A stretch of DNA of 36,900 nucleotides, from contig NC_057752.1 of assembly GCF_004010195.1 (NCBI RefSeq), positions 501,449-538,348 of the forward strand, in the 5' to 3' direction. Shown piece by piece: positions 21,278 through 33,850 of the stretch; the stretch's first letter is position 1; the number at the start of each line of letters is the position of its first letter. The position numbers and the translations under genes are program-made. The notes under the pieces are model-generated. The model saw only the letters and a program-made list of their open reading frames with translations. It was not told where the DNA came from and made no database searches. The stretch comes from Chiloscyllium plagiosum. Lineage: Eukaryota.

Positions 21278-21499
21278 GTCTTTCCTTATGTGAAGAAGGA
21301 TTGTTCTCCTAGTGTCCTGGCTAAGCTTCCTCTCTCAGCCAACTCACTCAAAAAGTAGATTGACTACCATTCTTTTCACTGTTGACTGACACATTTGCCT
21401 TAAAAAAAAAAGGTAGCCACTGTAATTCTAAACAATTGCATATGAAGAACCTTGCCACATTTCTGAATGAGACATTATATAACTGCCAAATTCTTTACC

Positions 21500-23705
21500 C
21501 CATGACCTTCAGCATTCAGTTCCGTCACTCTTATTACACAGTGGCAGCAGTGACTACCATCTATAAACCACCCTACAGGAACTCATGGAAGCTCCTTTAA
21601 TAGCACCTTCCAAAAAGGCCTGGGACAGGGGAGTACATCAGTACCCAATAGCTGGGCAACCTGCTGACCTCACATTGGGTGCATTGCACTGTGCTTGGGT
21701 TGGGGCAGAGCTGGGGACATGGGACATGAGCAACTTTGGGGCCTGTGATTTCAGTCCCTGCTCTAGCTTTCAAACTCAAAACCTCTTCCACCTGGAAAGA
21801 CAAGGGCAGCCGATGCATAGGGACACTGTCAGTTGCAAATTCCCCTCTGAGCTACACACGAGCCTGACTAGGAACTATATTGGGAGAAAGTGAGGACTGC
21901 AGATGCTGGAGATCAGAGTCAAAAAGTGTGGTGCTGGAAAAGCACAGCAGGTGAGGCAGCATCTGAGGAGCAGGAGAGTCAACGTTTGATAGTTCAGAGC
22001 AGAGGGTGGAGCAAATAGATGGAAAGGAAGATGGACAGGTGGGAGAAGTTCAAGAGAGTGGTGCCAAGTGTGAGGTTTGGATCTGGGATAAGGTGGTGGA
22101 GGGAAGATGAGGAAACTGGTGAAGTCGACATTGATGCCGTGTGGTTAGAGGGTCCTGAGGCAGAAGACAAGGTGTTCTTCCTCCAGTTGTCAGTGGCTTG
22201 GATTTGGCAGTGGAGGAGGCCCAGGACTTGCATGTCCTTGGCAGAGTGGGAGGGGGAGTTGAAGTGGTTGGCCACAGGGCGGTGGGGTTGTTTGGTGCGT
22301 GTGTCCTGGAGATGTTCTCTGAAACTTTTCGCAAGTTGGTGTCCTGTCTCCCCAATGTAGAGGAGACCACATCGGGAGCAACGGACACAGAGGATTAGGT
22401 GTTTGGATGTGCAGGAAAATCTCTGCCGGATGTGAAAGGATCCTTTAGGGCCTTGGACTGAGATGAGTGGGGTGGTTTGGATGCAGATTTTACACCTCTT
22501 GCAGCGGCAAGGGAAGGTGCCAGGAGTGGAGGGTGGGTTGGTGGGGGGTCGCATGGACCTAAGGAGGGTGTCGTGGAGGGAATGGTCTCTGTGGAATGCT
22601 GATAGGGGTGGGGAGGGAAATATATCTCTGGTGGTGGGGTCTGACTGGACGTGGCAGAAATGGTAGAAAATGATGCATTGTATCCAGAGATTGCTGGCAT
22701 GGAAGGTGAGGAACGGGGTGGGGGTTCTATCCTTGTTGAGATTGGAGGGGTGGGGTTCAAGGGCGAGGTGCGCGAAGTGGAGGAGATGCGCTGGAGGGCA
22801 TTGTTGACTACGTGGGAGGGGAAATTGTGGTCCTTGAAGTGGGAGGCTATCTGGGATGTTCTGGAGTGGAATTGGTCCTCCTAGGAGCAGATGCGGTGGT
22901 GGAGGTGGAGAAATTTGGAGTCGGGGATAGCATTTTTACAGGAGGGGAGGTGGGAAGAGGTGTAGTCCAGGTAGCTGTGGGAGTCGGTGGGTTTGAAGTA
23001 AATATCTGTGCTAAGTCGGTTGCTGGAAATGGAGATGGAGAGGTCCGGGAAGGGGAGGGAGGTATCCGAGATGGTCCAGGTAAACTTGAGGTCAGGGTGG
23101 AAGGTGTTCATGAAGTTGATGAACTGCTCTACCTCCCCATGGGAGCATGAGCTGGCACCGATACAGTCATCAGTGTAACAGAGGAAAAGGTGGTGAATGA
23201 GATGGACTGTTCCATGTACCCAATGAAGAAGCAGGCATAGCTGGGGCTCATGCAGGTGCCCATGGCTACCCTTTTCGTCTGAGAGAAGCGTGAGGATTAG
23301 AAGGTGAAGTTGTTGAGGGTGAGGACCAGTTCAGCTAATTGAATGAGTGTGTTGGTGGAGGGGTACTATTTGGGTCGGCGGGAGATGAAGAAACGGGCGG
23401 GGGGGGGGGGGTTGGAGGCCTTTGTCATGGCGGATGGATGTGTACAGGGACTGGATGTCCATTTAAAGATGAGGTATTGGGGACTGGGAAACCAAAAGAC
23501 ACAGAGGAGGTGGATGGCGTGGGTGGCCATTCCTTTACTGTTGCTGGGTCAAATCCTGAAATGCTATTCTTAACAGCACTATGGAAGTATCTTACCAGAT
23601 ACACTGCAGTGATTCAAGAAGGCAGCTCACAGACTTCTCAAAGATAATTGGAAATGGGCTATAAATTCTGCCCTTGAGCGATGTTTGTGACTCATAAATG
23701 AATAA
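21500..23705 (+). mobile_element. LINE 3' end (21500-21882 and 23527-23705) split by the Penelope insertion
   Basis: ...cctgactaggaactatat | ...gccattcctttactgttgctgggtcaaatcctg is contiguous in the paralogous copy at 32128-32180 (cctgacttgggaatatgtcgctgtttcttcagtatcgccaggccaaaatcct). Confidence 0.7.
21883..23526 (-). mobile_element. Penelope retroelement, 5'-truncated; RT plus GIY-YIG endonuclease pseudogene
   Basis: Minus strand: VAMGTCMSPSYA (RT, ~23235-23270), NTFHPDLKFTWTISDTSLPFPDL..YFKPTDSHSYLDYTSSH (22881-23111), and GTFPCRCKRCKIC..FSCTSKHLILCVRCSRCGLLYIGETG..EH..PVANHFN (GIY-YIG, 21994-22554). The pLTR terminus is at 21885-21985. Confidence 0.95.
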
Positions 23706-24019
23706 AAAAAAGACAAATCAAGAAAATTCAAGATTGGGTGGAGGAGCAGAGAATATCTTTTGGGACATGGCACTGCTGACCATCTCAGATGTGGTGTAGA
23801 GCTAGGGCATGGAGGATGTGGGTGAAGATTTTGAAGTCAATATGCTGGAAGGCAGGGAACCAATGAAAGTTGATGATGCGTTATGTGGCTGACCCATGGT
23901 GTTATTGGGCTGCTTATGGTGCCAAGCTCGACTGGTTCTCCTCCAAAAACTCTTTGCGAAGCATATTCTCTTCTTCAAAGCTGGACGCAATGTATATTTC
24001 TAACTAGGCCTTACTAATC

Positions 24020-24245
24020 ACAGCTGGTATCTCAAAGAAGTGGAGAAGTACTACCAGCAATGGCTTTTCAAAATCCTCCGAAATCAATGCCAAGAAAGGT
24101 TATCCAACAATAGTGTCCTCTCCCAAGACAACATGTCTAACATTGAGGTGCTAATCAATCAAAACCAGCTCTGTTGGGTGAGATGTCATTTGTGCACTTG
24201 ACACTAGATTCCCAGAGCAACTGTCCTACTCATAACTCTGTCACA
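24020..24245 (+). mobile_element. RTE/BovB-like LINE fragment
   Basis: Translates LKEVEKYYQQWLFKILRNQCQERLSNNSVLSQDNMSNIEVLINQNQLCWV.., resembling the RTE C-terminal motif LE.FHQRCLR.IL.I.WQD..N..VL....PSIE..I...QLRW.GH. Confidence 0.75.
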
Positions 24246-24679
24246 CTGTGCAGCAAAGCAGATGAAAATCACCGAGGCACAATTACAGTAATTAGTTATA
24301 AAATGTTATTTGTTGCCTCTGTACTTTTATTTTAAGCTGTATGAATGAAGTGGTAATAAATGCACTGGAGTCTAGACATAGCGCCTCTGTTGTGAATAAT
24401 ATGCCTAATTACAATATGTGTTGCCCAGCTGTCCCAAAGTATGTGGGTGGAAATGTATTGCTGTGTAGATTCTTTTTAAAGCATTTAAAGTAGAGCTTGA
24501 TTTTCAAAATGCCCAAACAGCTATTCATTAGGAAAGTGTCTGAATAGTTATTTCAGCAACTACGGAACCAAATGCAGGAGAATATTAAATATGGACAAAA
24601 GGTTTAGCTGGTAGATATGTTGCCCAGGCTGGACCTGAAGCATATGATGGAGAAAGGACCCAATCCTACCCTTTGGTTC

Positions 24680-25065
24680 ACCACTCATTACCTCCTGTGT
24701 TTGCTGATCCACATTGGTTACCTGTCCAACAAAATCTCAAACAATATAATTCTTAGCCTTGTTTTTAAATCCTTCCAAATCTTGTCCACCTCCCTAGCTC
24801 TGTAATCTCCTCAAGCCCTATAACCTCTAAGATATCTGCAGTTCTCCATTTCTGACCTCTTGGAAGATTGCTTCACTATTGGTGACCATGCCTTGCTGCC
24901 TGGACCCTGAGCTCTGGAAATCCCTCTCTAAGCTTCTCTCTCATCCTTTAGAGCACTCTTTTAAAGGATCTCGTTGATCAAACATCTTCCCTAATATCCA
25001 CATATGTGGCTGTGTCAAATTTTGATTGCTAATTTTAAGCAACTTGGGCTGTTGCACTATGTCAT
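24680..25065 (+). mobile_element. L2 LINE 3' end
   Basis: Degenerate (H)ITP..ADLHWLPV...ILSLVFKS motif, followed by an L2-type 3' UTR. Confidence 0.7.
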
Positions 25066-25989
25066 GATAAAGTATCAGTTGCTGATATTGTTGATTCATT
25101 AGTGGCTGACGAATATGCAGCAATTGCCACAGTACTCTGCCATTAACTGTGTCTTTTAAAGAGGGCCTGCTAGAGCAGGCTTCTCCTGGTGTGAGTCTGT
25201 GAGTATGGAGATATATCCATGGTGCCCTATGACTCCAGAAACACTGGCAGCACCTGAAAAAGTGTGGTTGGTGATCGTTCCTAGCAAGGTAATCTGGGTA
25301 CCCATCTGGACAAGGGAGTTATTTCAAGCAACCCCACCTCATACCCATTTTGAAAGGGACCATGTCCCATTCCTGGCATGAACACTAAGGTGGGATCCAG
25401 GGGGAAACATTGGCCCAGTGATGTTGTCACAGAACTCGTAATATTCTGGGGATCCAAGTTAGAATGTAACAATAATGGTGGAATTTTGCTTCAAAAATCT
25501 GCAATTAAAAGTATAATGATGACCATGTAACCACTGTAAATTGTTTTATAAAATGATCCATCTGGTTTATTAGTGCCCTTTAAGAAAGGAAATGTGCCAT
25601 CATTATTTGGTCTGACCTACATGTGACTGCAGACCCACAGATACTTAACTATCCTCTAAAATGGCCTGGCATTGGCTAAATCACCTGGAAACAGCAACAG
25701 CAAACACAACCCTGTTGACTTTGCAAAGTTCTCCTTACCGGAGTCTAGTACCAAAATTGGGAGAGCTGTTTCACAGACTAGAAGTCCAACTGGATCCTGC
25801 AGGAGACAAAAGAGAGAATGTCGTGAGCAAGGATAGAAGTTGTGGCATTTTAACATTAAATGCACAGTGGAGAAATGGGAGACCATTAGATCATGGCTGG
25901 TCTGATAATCCTCAACTCCATTTCCCTGCCTTTTTCCCTAAACCCTTGATTTCCTTCCTGATTAAAGATCTATCTCGATTTGGATTTCC

Positions 25990-26760
25990 ATGATGGCCAT
26001 AGTCAAGACAGCTGCTCCACAGGACATGAGGAAGAAAGCCCAGATGCCTCAGAGGAATCACTCACAAGGCTGACTCCCGCACCCCCTACCAGCTTAGATA
26101 CTGACACCTTGTTGGGTATTTTATCTAGATTAGGGTTAGGAATGTCTGCTGGTGGGCACTTCATCATCACATCTCCTCAGCTGGCCAAGGAAGAAATTGT
26201 CCATGCTGAAGAAATGTTGGCACTCGGAAATCTGCAGGAGGCCGAGCTCCTGCTCAGCCCCAGCTAGTAGAGGACTCTCCCACACCTGATATGTCCTCTT
26301 TGACATTTAGCGGATGGACTCCTGAACTGTCTGTGGCCCTATCCCCTTGAGTGACTTACCCGGACGGCCATGAACAATGAGTGACTGGACCCCAATTGAT
26401 ATCTGCACCCTTCCTCAAATGACTTCCTGCAAATTTGGCAATGGAGAATGTCTCCTTGGATTTTTTTTCCCTTCGAAATTGAGACATGGCCATTTGCTTA
26501 CAGTACATGCAGTATGTTTGCTATGTAAGCTGCTGCCACATGGTACCAGTGTGAGATTGATGTAGCACAGTGGCATACAGGAAGATATCTATCCCCTTTA
26601 CTGATGACTGCTGACAAGTTGTTTGGCTTGGTGTCTGTGCTAAATCGCCAGGTAATGCAGCAGTTGTGTGAGCCTTTAAGCTGTGGCTGAGGAGGCAGGA
26701 TTGGCATGACAAAATAGGAATGCTGTGAGCATGCGAGTCGATTCTAAGTGTGTCTACATT
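25990..26760 (+). mobile_element. Decayed DNA-transposon (PIF/Harbinger-associated) fragment
   Basis: 26520-26580 is homologous to 34520-34578 (atgtaagctgctg..catgg..cag..tgagattgat.tag.aca.tg.cata). Acidic Ser/Pro-rich ORF remnant EEESPDASEESLTRLTPAPPTSLDTDT. The family assignment is an inference. Confidence 0.45.
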
Positions 26761-27084
26761 AAGAGAGTGAGTGAGCTGCCCTGGTCCAGTCTGGGAGCAG
26801 TCCTTGCAGCAGAATTTTAATGGTAGTTTTTGGTGAACTCCAAATTGCAGGATGGCAGTGCAATCGTAGAGTGAAAGTGGATTGGAGATGTGCCAAGATG
26901 GTGCAGAGCTTGGAATGTGTCAGATGGCAGTATCAATGGATGTGGGCTGTGGGTAGTCACTGCCCATGGTGTATATTTTGAGATGTTGGTGCAGGGAGTC
27001 TAATATGGAAGGCCATAGGAGCAAGTGGTGAGTTGGAGTCACCAGGTACCTGCTCAGACTTTCATGTCAGGAATTCTAAGCCAA

Positions 27085-27830
27085 GTTGTATTGTATCTTA
27101 GGATCCTAAAACAAGAAGCTACAGCAACAGCAGATGCATTAGTTGTAATTTTCCAAAAGTCCTTGGATTCTGGAGAAGAATTGGAGGATTGGAAAATTGT
27201 CAATATCTTGAATATACTTAATGGCCCAGCACGAACAGCCCTCTATGATATATAATTCCAAAGATTCACTACCCTCATATCTGTCGAAAATGGGCAATCC
27301 CTTACTCTGTGATTATGCGCTTTGGCCCTTGCCTCTCCCACAAGGGAAAATAACTTCTCCACATCTACTCTGTAAAGCCTCCTTAGAATCTTATATGTTG
27401 CTGGAAGATCTCCTCTCATTTGCCTAAACTACAATGAGTGCAAGTCCAACCTACTTAACCTCCCGTCATAAGAAAATCTCTCCATACCTTGGTTTCAGCC
27501 TGGTGAACTTTCTCATGATTGCCTCCAATGCCAGTTTATCTTTCCTTGCATAAGGAGACAAAAACTGTTTACAGTATTCCAGCTGTGGTCTGACAGTGCC
27601 TTGTATAGCTTTAGTAAAAACTCCCTATCTTTATACTCCATTTCCTTTGAAACCTTCCAATTACCAATTAAATGTGGACATGAGCTTTTCTTATGATTCA
27701 TGCACTAGGACCCCCAAATCCCTTTGTGCTGCAGCTTTCTGTAGTCTTTTTCCATATAAATAATATTTAGCTCCTCTATTCTTCCTGCCAAAGTGCACAA
27801 CGTCACATTTTCCCACGTTATATTCCAGCT
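27085..27830. mobile_element. Two convergent CR1 fragments (27085-27210 plus; 27215-27830 minus)
   Basis: Plus: LRILKQEATATADALVVIFQKSLDSGEELEDWKIVN. Minus: EYNVGKCDVVHFGRKN..QRDLGVLVHES. Confidence 0.85.
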
Positions 27831-27834
27831 GTGG

Positions 27835-28640
27835 AGGGGAGCATGACAATGAACAATGCATCTTTATTAGTTGCTGGGACATGGAGGTTTCTGCATTCCC
27901 ACAGAAGTGGACTCAGTCTTTGCCAGTGAGGGCTAAGATCCTCTCCTTGTAGGGGGTGAGGAACCGAATGTCAGGCACTCCACCACCCACCTTGGCCCTT
28001 TCAGCCCTGTTATGGGTTGTTTTCTTTTGAAATTAGAGAAAGGCAGAGATTGAGAGATTGAAAGTGTATAACACAGCTATACCTGCTGGTGAAGTGGGGA
28101 GATATCCCAAAGGAATGAATAGGCAGTGCTCAAGCCTTGCAATATGTTTATTTGGGATGGGGGTGGTGGGGGGAGGTGTATGGTGGCAGGGGCTTGATAG
28201 TGAGTGGGGGAAAGATGTAACAGACAATAGTGAGAGTGGTAGAGCATGAGCCTTGATGGCAGGTGGGTACAGTAACAGACATAGATTGTCAGGTGGCACA
28301 GAGAAAATAGTGGGACCTACCTTGGTGGAGTGAAGAAAGTCATTCACCTTCTTCCTGAACTGTTGGGTGTTTCTTCAGACCATGGGGACTGCACTGATCC
28401 AGGTGGCAACCTCTGACCAGGTTGTCAGGGTCCAATGTCATGGCCTCCTTTGGTGGTCCACCTGAACCTCCTGGTCATTGTCAATGAAGCAAGGTCCAAT
28501 TTTTCCTTTTTTGTCACGTGCAGAAGGAATATGTGTGACTGTGCAGGGCAGCTCTGGACTGCTAGCACTTAACAGGATGTGCAAGTGTTTTAAATATGGC
28601 GCCAATGCATGGGATGCCTATATATGTGAGGTATCTCAGT
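27835..28640 (-). mobile_element. Harbinger-type Myb/SANT-like (trihelix) accessory gene remnant
   Basis: Minus strand TLTTWSEVATWISAVP..QQFRKKVNDFLHS (~28330-28430) and GGGVPDIRFLTPYKERILA (~27930-27988). Confidence 0.55.
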
Positions 28641-28646
28641 ATTCTC

Positions 28647-29592
28647 CTAGATCACATTGTCTTTTTCCAGTGTGAATACTGATGAAAAGTATTCATTTAG
28701 CGCTTCCCCTATCTCCTCTGACTCCACGCACAACTTCCCACTACTATTCTTGATTGGCCCTAATTTTTCTCTTGTCATTCTTTTATTCTTGATATACCTA
28801 TAGAAAGCCTTAAGCCAAAGACTTCTCATGCCCCCTCCTGGCTCTTCCCACCTCTCTCTTTAGGTCTTTCCTGGCTAACTTGTAACTTTCAAGTGCCCTA
28901 ACTAAGCCATCACATCTCATCCTAACATAAGTCTTCTTTTTCCTCTTGACAAGAGATGTAACTTCTTTAGTAAACCACGGCTCCCACATAGGACAACTTC
29001 CTCCCAGACTGACCAGTACATACTTATCAAGGACCTGCAGTAATTGGTCCTTGAATAAGCTCCACATTTCTATTGTGCCCATCCCCTGCAGTTTCTTTCC
29101 CCATCCTATGCATCCTAAATCTTGCCTAATTGTATCATAATTGCCTTTCCACCAGCTATAACTCTTGCTCTGCGGTATATACCAATCCCTTTCCATCATT
29201 AAAGTAAACATAACCGAATTGTGGTCACTATTACCAAAGTGCTCACCTACCTCCAAATCTAACACCTCACTAGGTTCATTACCCAGTACCAAATCTAATG
29301 TGGCCTCACCCTTTGTTGACTTGTCTACATACTGTATCAGGAAACCCTCCTGCACATATTGGACAAAAACTGACCCATCTAAAGTACTTGAACTATAGTA
29401 CTCCCAGTCAATATTTGGAAAGTTAAAGTCCCCCATAACAACTACCCTGTCAGTCTCGCTCCTATCAAGGATCATCTTTGCTATCCGATCCTCTACATCG
29501 CTGGAACTATTCAGAGGCCTATAGAAAACTCCCAACAGGGTAACCTCTCCTTTCCTGTTTCTCATCTCAGCCCATACTACCTCAGTAGACAC
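28647..29592 (-). mobile_element. CR1 ORF2 internal fragment (APE endonuclease and tether)
   Basis: 260-aa ORF with LGVFYRP, VVVMGDFNFPNIDW, LDLVLGN, FGNSDHNSV and EPWFTKEV; continues as KAFYRYIKNKR..LNEYFSSVFT. Confidence 0.95.
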
Positions 29593-29649
29593 TTTGGCAA
29601 AATATAGGGCGATTCTTTTTGTTGCCTCCTTATGTCCTTGTCACAACTT

Positions 29650-30308
29650 ACTTTCCTATGTATCTTTTGCTCTATCAGCAAATTTGACAACCATACCTTT
29701 CATCCATGTCATAAATATAAATTGTAAGTTGAGGCCACAGCATTGAGTCCTGCAGCATACCAACTTGTTATGTCTTGTCAACCTGAAAAAGATCCATTTA
29801 TGCCTACTTTCTGCATCCTGCTAGCTCAGCCAATCATCTATCCAGGCCAATATGCTACTGTCTAGACCACAATCTTTTATTTTTCACAATAATCTTTGCT
29901 GCGGCACTTTATCACAGTTCCCTTCTGGAAATCTAAGTATAGATCATCCACTGATTTCCCATTATATACAACACGTGATGCCTCCTCAAAGAACTTAGAT
30001 TGGTTCAATATGATTTCCCTTTAACAAAACAAAATTGATTCTGCCTAACTATCTTGAATTTGTCTAAATGCCCTGCTGTGACTTCTTTCATAGTAGGCAT
30101 TTTCTCTATGACAGATATTAAGCTAACGTTTTTCTGCTTTCTGTCTGCCCCATATTTTGATGAGGAGTTGCATTTAGTGTCAAATGGTACCTTTCCCAAA
30201 TAAAAAAGAGTTTTGGAAAATTAAACCTAATGCATCAACTATCTCACTAGCCACTTTTTTTAAGATCATAGGATGAAATTAATCAAGATCCAGACATTTG
30301 TCAGCCTG
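29650..30308 (-). mobile_element. Older CR1 RT remnant
   Basis: Degenerate NVSLISVIEK..GHLDKFKIVRQNQFCFVKGKSY and YLDFQK motifs. Confidence 0.7.
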
Positions 30309-30785
30309 GTTAATCCTTTATTCTCCTTAGCCTGAAGTAACTGAGATCCATCACTCCAAATGCAGCCTTGGCTGAGAACAACTTACTCAGCAAATGGTAG
30401 GGATAGAACCTTTGGGGATTTCTTCTCTGTTTGACGAATCCAAGCAGGGTAGCTACCTGCTGAGCCATTGAAAGAGTTATGAATGGGCTTTCTTGCAAGT
30501 TTGTGCCTAATCCTGTAAAGTGGCTTCAAGGATTGGAAAACACTGGAGAAGAAAATGTTTCAGTAGAGTAAAGGACTGTGTAGGTCACCAAGAGCAATAT
30601 CATCACTTTATTAATTTCCCACAAATCACCATTAATCATCTGAAGCACCATTTCACCTCCTTCATTACATTCAATTTATTTCCTAATTAACCCTCACAAT
30701 ACTCAATGAATTTCATATTTTTGGTTTCAAATCACATTTTCAAAGGGAAAGAATACTCAATACTCTTTAGAAAAGAAATGTCATA

Positions 30786-31150
30786 ATCAAGGTTTTGTAT
30801 CTGTTTCAAGGTGAACAAGGGTCTGGTATTTGGGTCTAGGTGATTCAAGACCTTGTGTGTGAGTCAAAGTGAATTTTGTATTTGTGTTAATGTGAACCTG
30901 GATCTTACATTTGTGTCAACGTGAATCAGGATCATGTGTTTCAGGCAAAGTGAATCAGGAAACTATTTGAGTTAAGTTGAACAAGAGCCTGTATTTGTGC
31001 CAAGAGGAACCAGAGTCTGGTACTTGAGTCAAGAGGAATCAGGTTCTTATACCTGAGACAAGAGGAACCAGAGTCTGGTACTTAAGTCAAGAGGAACCAA
31101 GGTCTTGTACTTGAAACAAGAGGAACCAGGGTCTTGTACTTGAGTTAAGA
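30786..31150 (+). repeat. 29-bp minisatellite (~12 units), consensus ~GTACTTGAGTCAAGAGGAACCAGGGTCTT
   Basis: Regular 29-nt period, clearest in 31020-31150. The left-hand units are degenerate (e.g. gtatttgtgttaatgtgaacctggatctt). Confidence 0.9.
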
Positions 31151-32502
31151 CTGTAATTAACATACAGAAAGAAGGAGCTATCTGTAGCATAATCTTTACA
31201 AACAAGGAGCTTTTCTCATTCGTTCACTGTTAATAGGTTACTGCACAAAATGCCAGCTTTGCCTACAAATGCAATGCCACCTGTTAGAAGGGAACAATTC
31301 AGGATTTACAACTGGGGGAACAGCTTTGTCCCAACATAGAAAATAATAGATTCTTTCTTCACACTGGATTTCTCTTCTCAATAATGGAGTGGAAACAGGG
31401 GAAGCTGTGACTTGCAGGTCAATTTGACCATGCGGATTAATAATTGAAAGGCAGTACTAGGTATTAGACTGGAGACGATAAGATTGCAGTTTGCTTGTAA
31501 AGGAATTGTAAGATTGGTAATTCCCCAGTATCTGCTTGGATGAGTAGCAATAAATATTTTGCATTGAGAATGAATCATCAATGCATTGGTTTCTTCAGTT
31601 GCGTTTGCATGTTTTAGAATCCTGTTCCTGACAGTTTCCTGGCCAAAGCCCAACTGTCATAATTGTAATGGGGATTTTGCTGTGTCCAACGTTCCTCAAA
31701 GTGCAACCCTCAGTCAAAATATGTGAATTGTAGTAGCTATCAATGGCCAACCTCTCACCCTCACTACACAATAGTCCTGTATTTCAAACATAGAATGTCT
31801 TGTCATCAATCCACCCCCCTCACAGAACTGTCCCCTGTCCCAAGATTCATTACTCAGCCACTGCCACGTGCTCCATTTTTCAGCTGGGCTGACAAAAAGA
31901 GTGACATTTACATAGTGCCTTTCTTGACCTCAGAATGTCCCAAAGAGCTTCACAACCAATCAAGTACTTTGTGAAGTGTTGTTGTGCAGGAAACACAGAA
32001 GAGAATTTGTGCACAGCAATCTCTTACAAACAGCAATTGCACCGTCTACAAGACGCACTGCAGAAATTCACTAAAGATTGTTAGACAGCACCTTCCATCT
32101 TGAAAGACAAGGGTAGCTGCTTACCATCCTGACTTGGGAATATGTCGCTGTTTCTTCAGTATCGCCAGGCCAAAATCCTCGAATTCCCTCCCTAAGAGCA
32201 TTTGTGTGTCTACCTCTTACACATGGGCTGTAACAATTTAACGAGGTGTCAAGACAGGTCAACGACGGTCGATGTAGTGTACATGGACTTCAGCAAGGCA
32301 TTTGATAGGGTTCTCCATGGTAGGCTCATTCATAAAGTCAGGAAGTATGGGATACAGGGAGATTTGGCTATCTGGATTCAGAATTGGCTGGCTGACAGAA
32401 GGCAGAGAGTGGTTGTAGATGGAAAGTATTCTGCCTTGAAGACAGAGTTGAGTGGGGTCCCGCAGGGCTCTGCTCTTGGGCCTCTGCTCTTTGTAGTTTT
32501 TA

Positions 32503-32696
32503 TTAGATTAGATTACATTACATTACAGTGTAGAAACAGGCCCTTCGGCCCAACAAGTCCACACCGACCCGCCGAAGCGCAACCCACCCATACACCCACA
32601 TTTACCCTTATACCTAACACTACGGGCAATTTAGCATGGCCAATTCACCTGACCTGCACATCTTTGGACTGTGGGAGGAAACCGGAGCACCCGGAG
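32503..32696 (-). mobile_element. HE1-like SINE (3' half; 5' half lost in the gap)
   Basis: Highly similar to 35290-35460, with an (AGATT)n-type tail. Confidence 0.9.
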
Positions 32697-33138
32697 NNNN
32701 NNNNNNNNNNNNNNNNNNNNNNNNNNNNNNNNNNNNNNNNNNNNNNNNNNNNNNNNNNNNNNNNNNNNNNNNNNNNNNNNNNNNNNNNNNNNNNNNNNNN
32801 NNNNNNNNNNNNNNNNNNNNNNNNNNNNNNNNNNNNNNNNNNNNNNNNNNNNNNNNNNNNNNNNNNNNNNNNNNNNNNNNNNNNNNNNNNNNNNNNNNNN
32901 NNNNNNNNNNNNNNNNNNNNNNNNNNNNNNNNNNNNNNNNNNNNNNNNNNNNNNNNNNNNNNNNNNNNNNNNNNNNNNNNNNNNNNNNNNNNNNNNNNNN
33001 NNNNNNNNNNNNNNNNNNNNNNNNNNNNNNNNNNNNNNNNNNNNNNNNNNNNNNNNNNNNNNNNNNNNNNNNNNNNNNNNNNNNNNNNNNNNNNNNNNNN
33101 NNNNNNNNNNNNNNNNNNNNNNNNNNNNNNNNNNNNNN
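32697..33138. other. Assembly gap (442 N)
   Basis: Run of n. Confidence 1.
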
Positions 33139-33639
33139 AAAGGTTGAATAAGCTTGGACTTGAGAAAAGTCCAGAGAGAAGAGACCTGATCAAGGTATAC
33201 AAAATAATGAGAGGAATAGATAGAGTCAATAACCAGAGACTTTTCCCCAGGGCAGGATTGACTGGTACGAGAAGTCATAGTTTGAAGATATTAGGAGGAA
33301 GGTATAAAGGAGACGTCAGAGGTAGGTTCTTTATGTAGAGAGTTGTGACTGCATGGAATGCGTTGCCAGTGGTGGTGGTGGAAGCAGAGTCATTGGGGAC
33401 ATTTAAGCGACTGCTGGACATGCACATGGACAGCAGTGAATTGAGGGGGGTGTAGGTTAAGTTACTATATTTTACATTGGGATTAAATCTCGGCACAACA
33501 TTGTGGGCCAAAGGACCTGTTCTGTGCTGTACTTTTCTATGTTCTATGAAGCAGCTCGCCACCACCTTCTCAAGGGCAACTAGGGACAGGCAATAAATGC
33601 TGATCGAGTCAGCAACCCTCACAACCATCAGTGAATTAA

Positions 33640-33850
33640 AACAAAGATAATCTGTTTTTGGTGATGTTGAGTTGAGGAATAAATGTTGGCTTAGGACACC
33701 AGGGAGAACTGCCCTGTTCTTGTTTGCAATTGTGTCATGCAATCTTTTGAGAAGGGCAGATAGGACCTAATTTTAATGCTTTATTTGAAAATCAGCATTT
33801 CTGATACTGCAGCAGTCCCTCAGTCCCACACTGGAAGTGTCAGACTGCAG
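33640..33850 (-). mobile_element. Deu-domain SINE fragment
   Basis: gttgaggaataaatgttggcttaggacaccagggagaactgccctgttctt...tgcagcagtccctcagtcccacactggaagtgtcag. Confidence 0.7.

Larger units (their letters stand above)
32246..33548 (+). mobile_element. CR1 RT fragment containing an HE1-like SINE and the assembly gap
   Basis: VDVVYMDFSKAFDRVLHGRL..SGVPQGSALGPLLFVVFI before the SINE; DLIKVYKIMRGIDRV..GRFFM after the gap; tail ttctatgttctatg. Confidence 0.9.
32036..33637 (+). mobile_element. LINE 3' end (32036-32245 and 33549-33637) split by a CR1 insertion
   Basis: Homologous to 21540-21880 and 23527-23705; resumes at gaagcagctcgccaccaccttctcaagggcaactaggg...aataaatgctg. Confidence 0.7.

Noticed and set aside
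27085..27830. Twin-priming 5' inversion of one CR1
   Set aside because: The fragments converge, with the plus piece at the 3' side of the minus piece, which is the wrong geometry. Two insertions or a later rearrangement is more likely.
30310..30500. Plus-strand exon after the acceptor-like tttattctccttag
   Set aside because: All three frames stop within 15 codons, and the minus-strand ORF has no recognisable homology.
30786..31150. CRISPR-like array (29-bp partly palindromic repeats)
   Set aside because: Units are contiguous with no unique spacers, the context is eukaryotic and no cas genes are present; it is a minisatellite.
32202..33338. 378-aa ORF and other long ORFs over the gap
   Set aside because: The length comes from N codons; the real parts are CR1 RT and antisense SINE.
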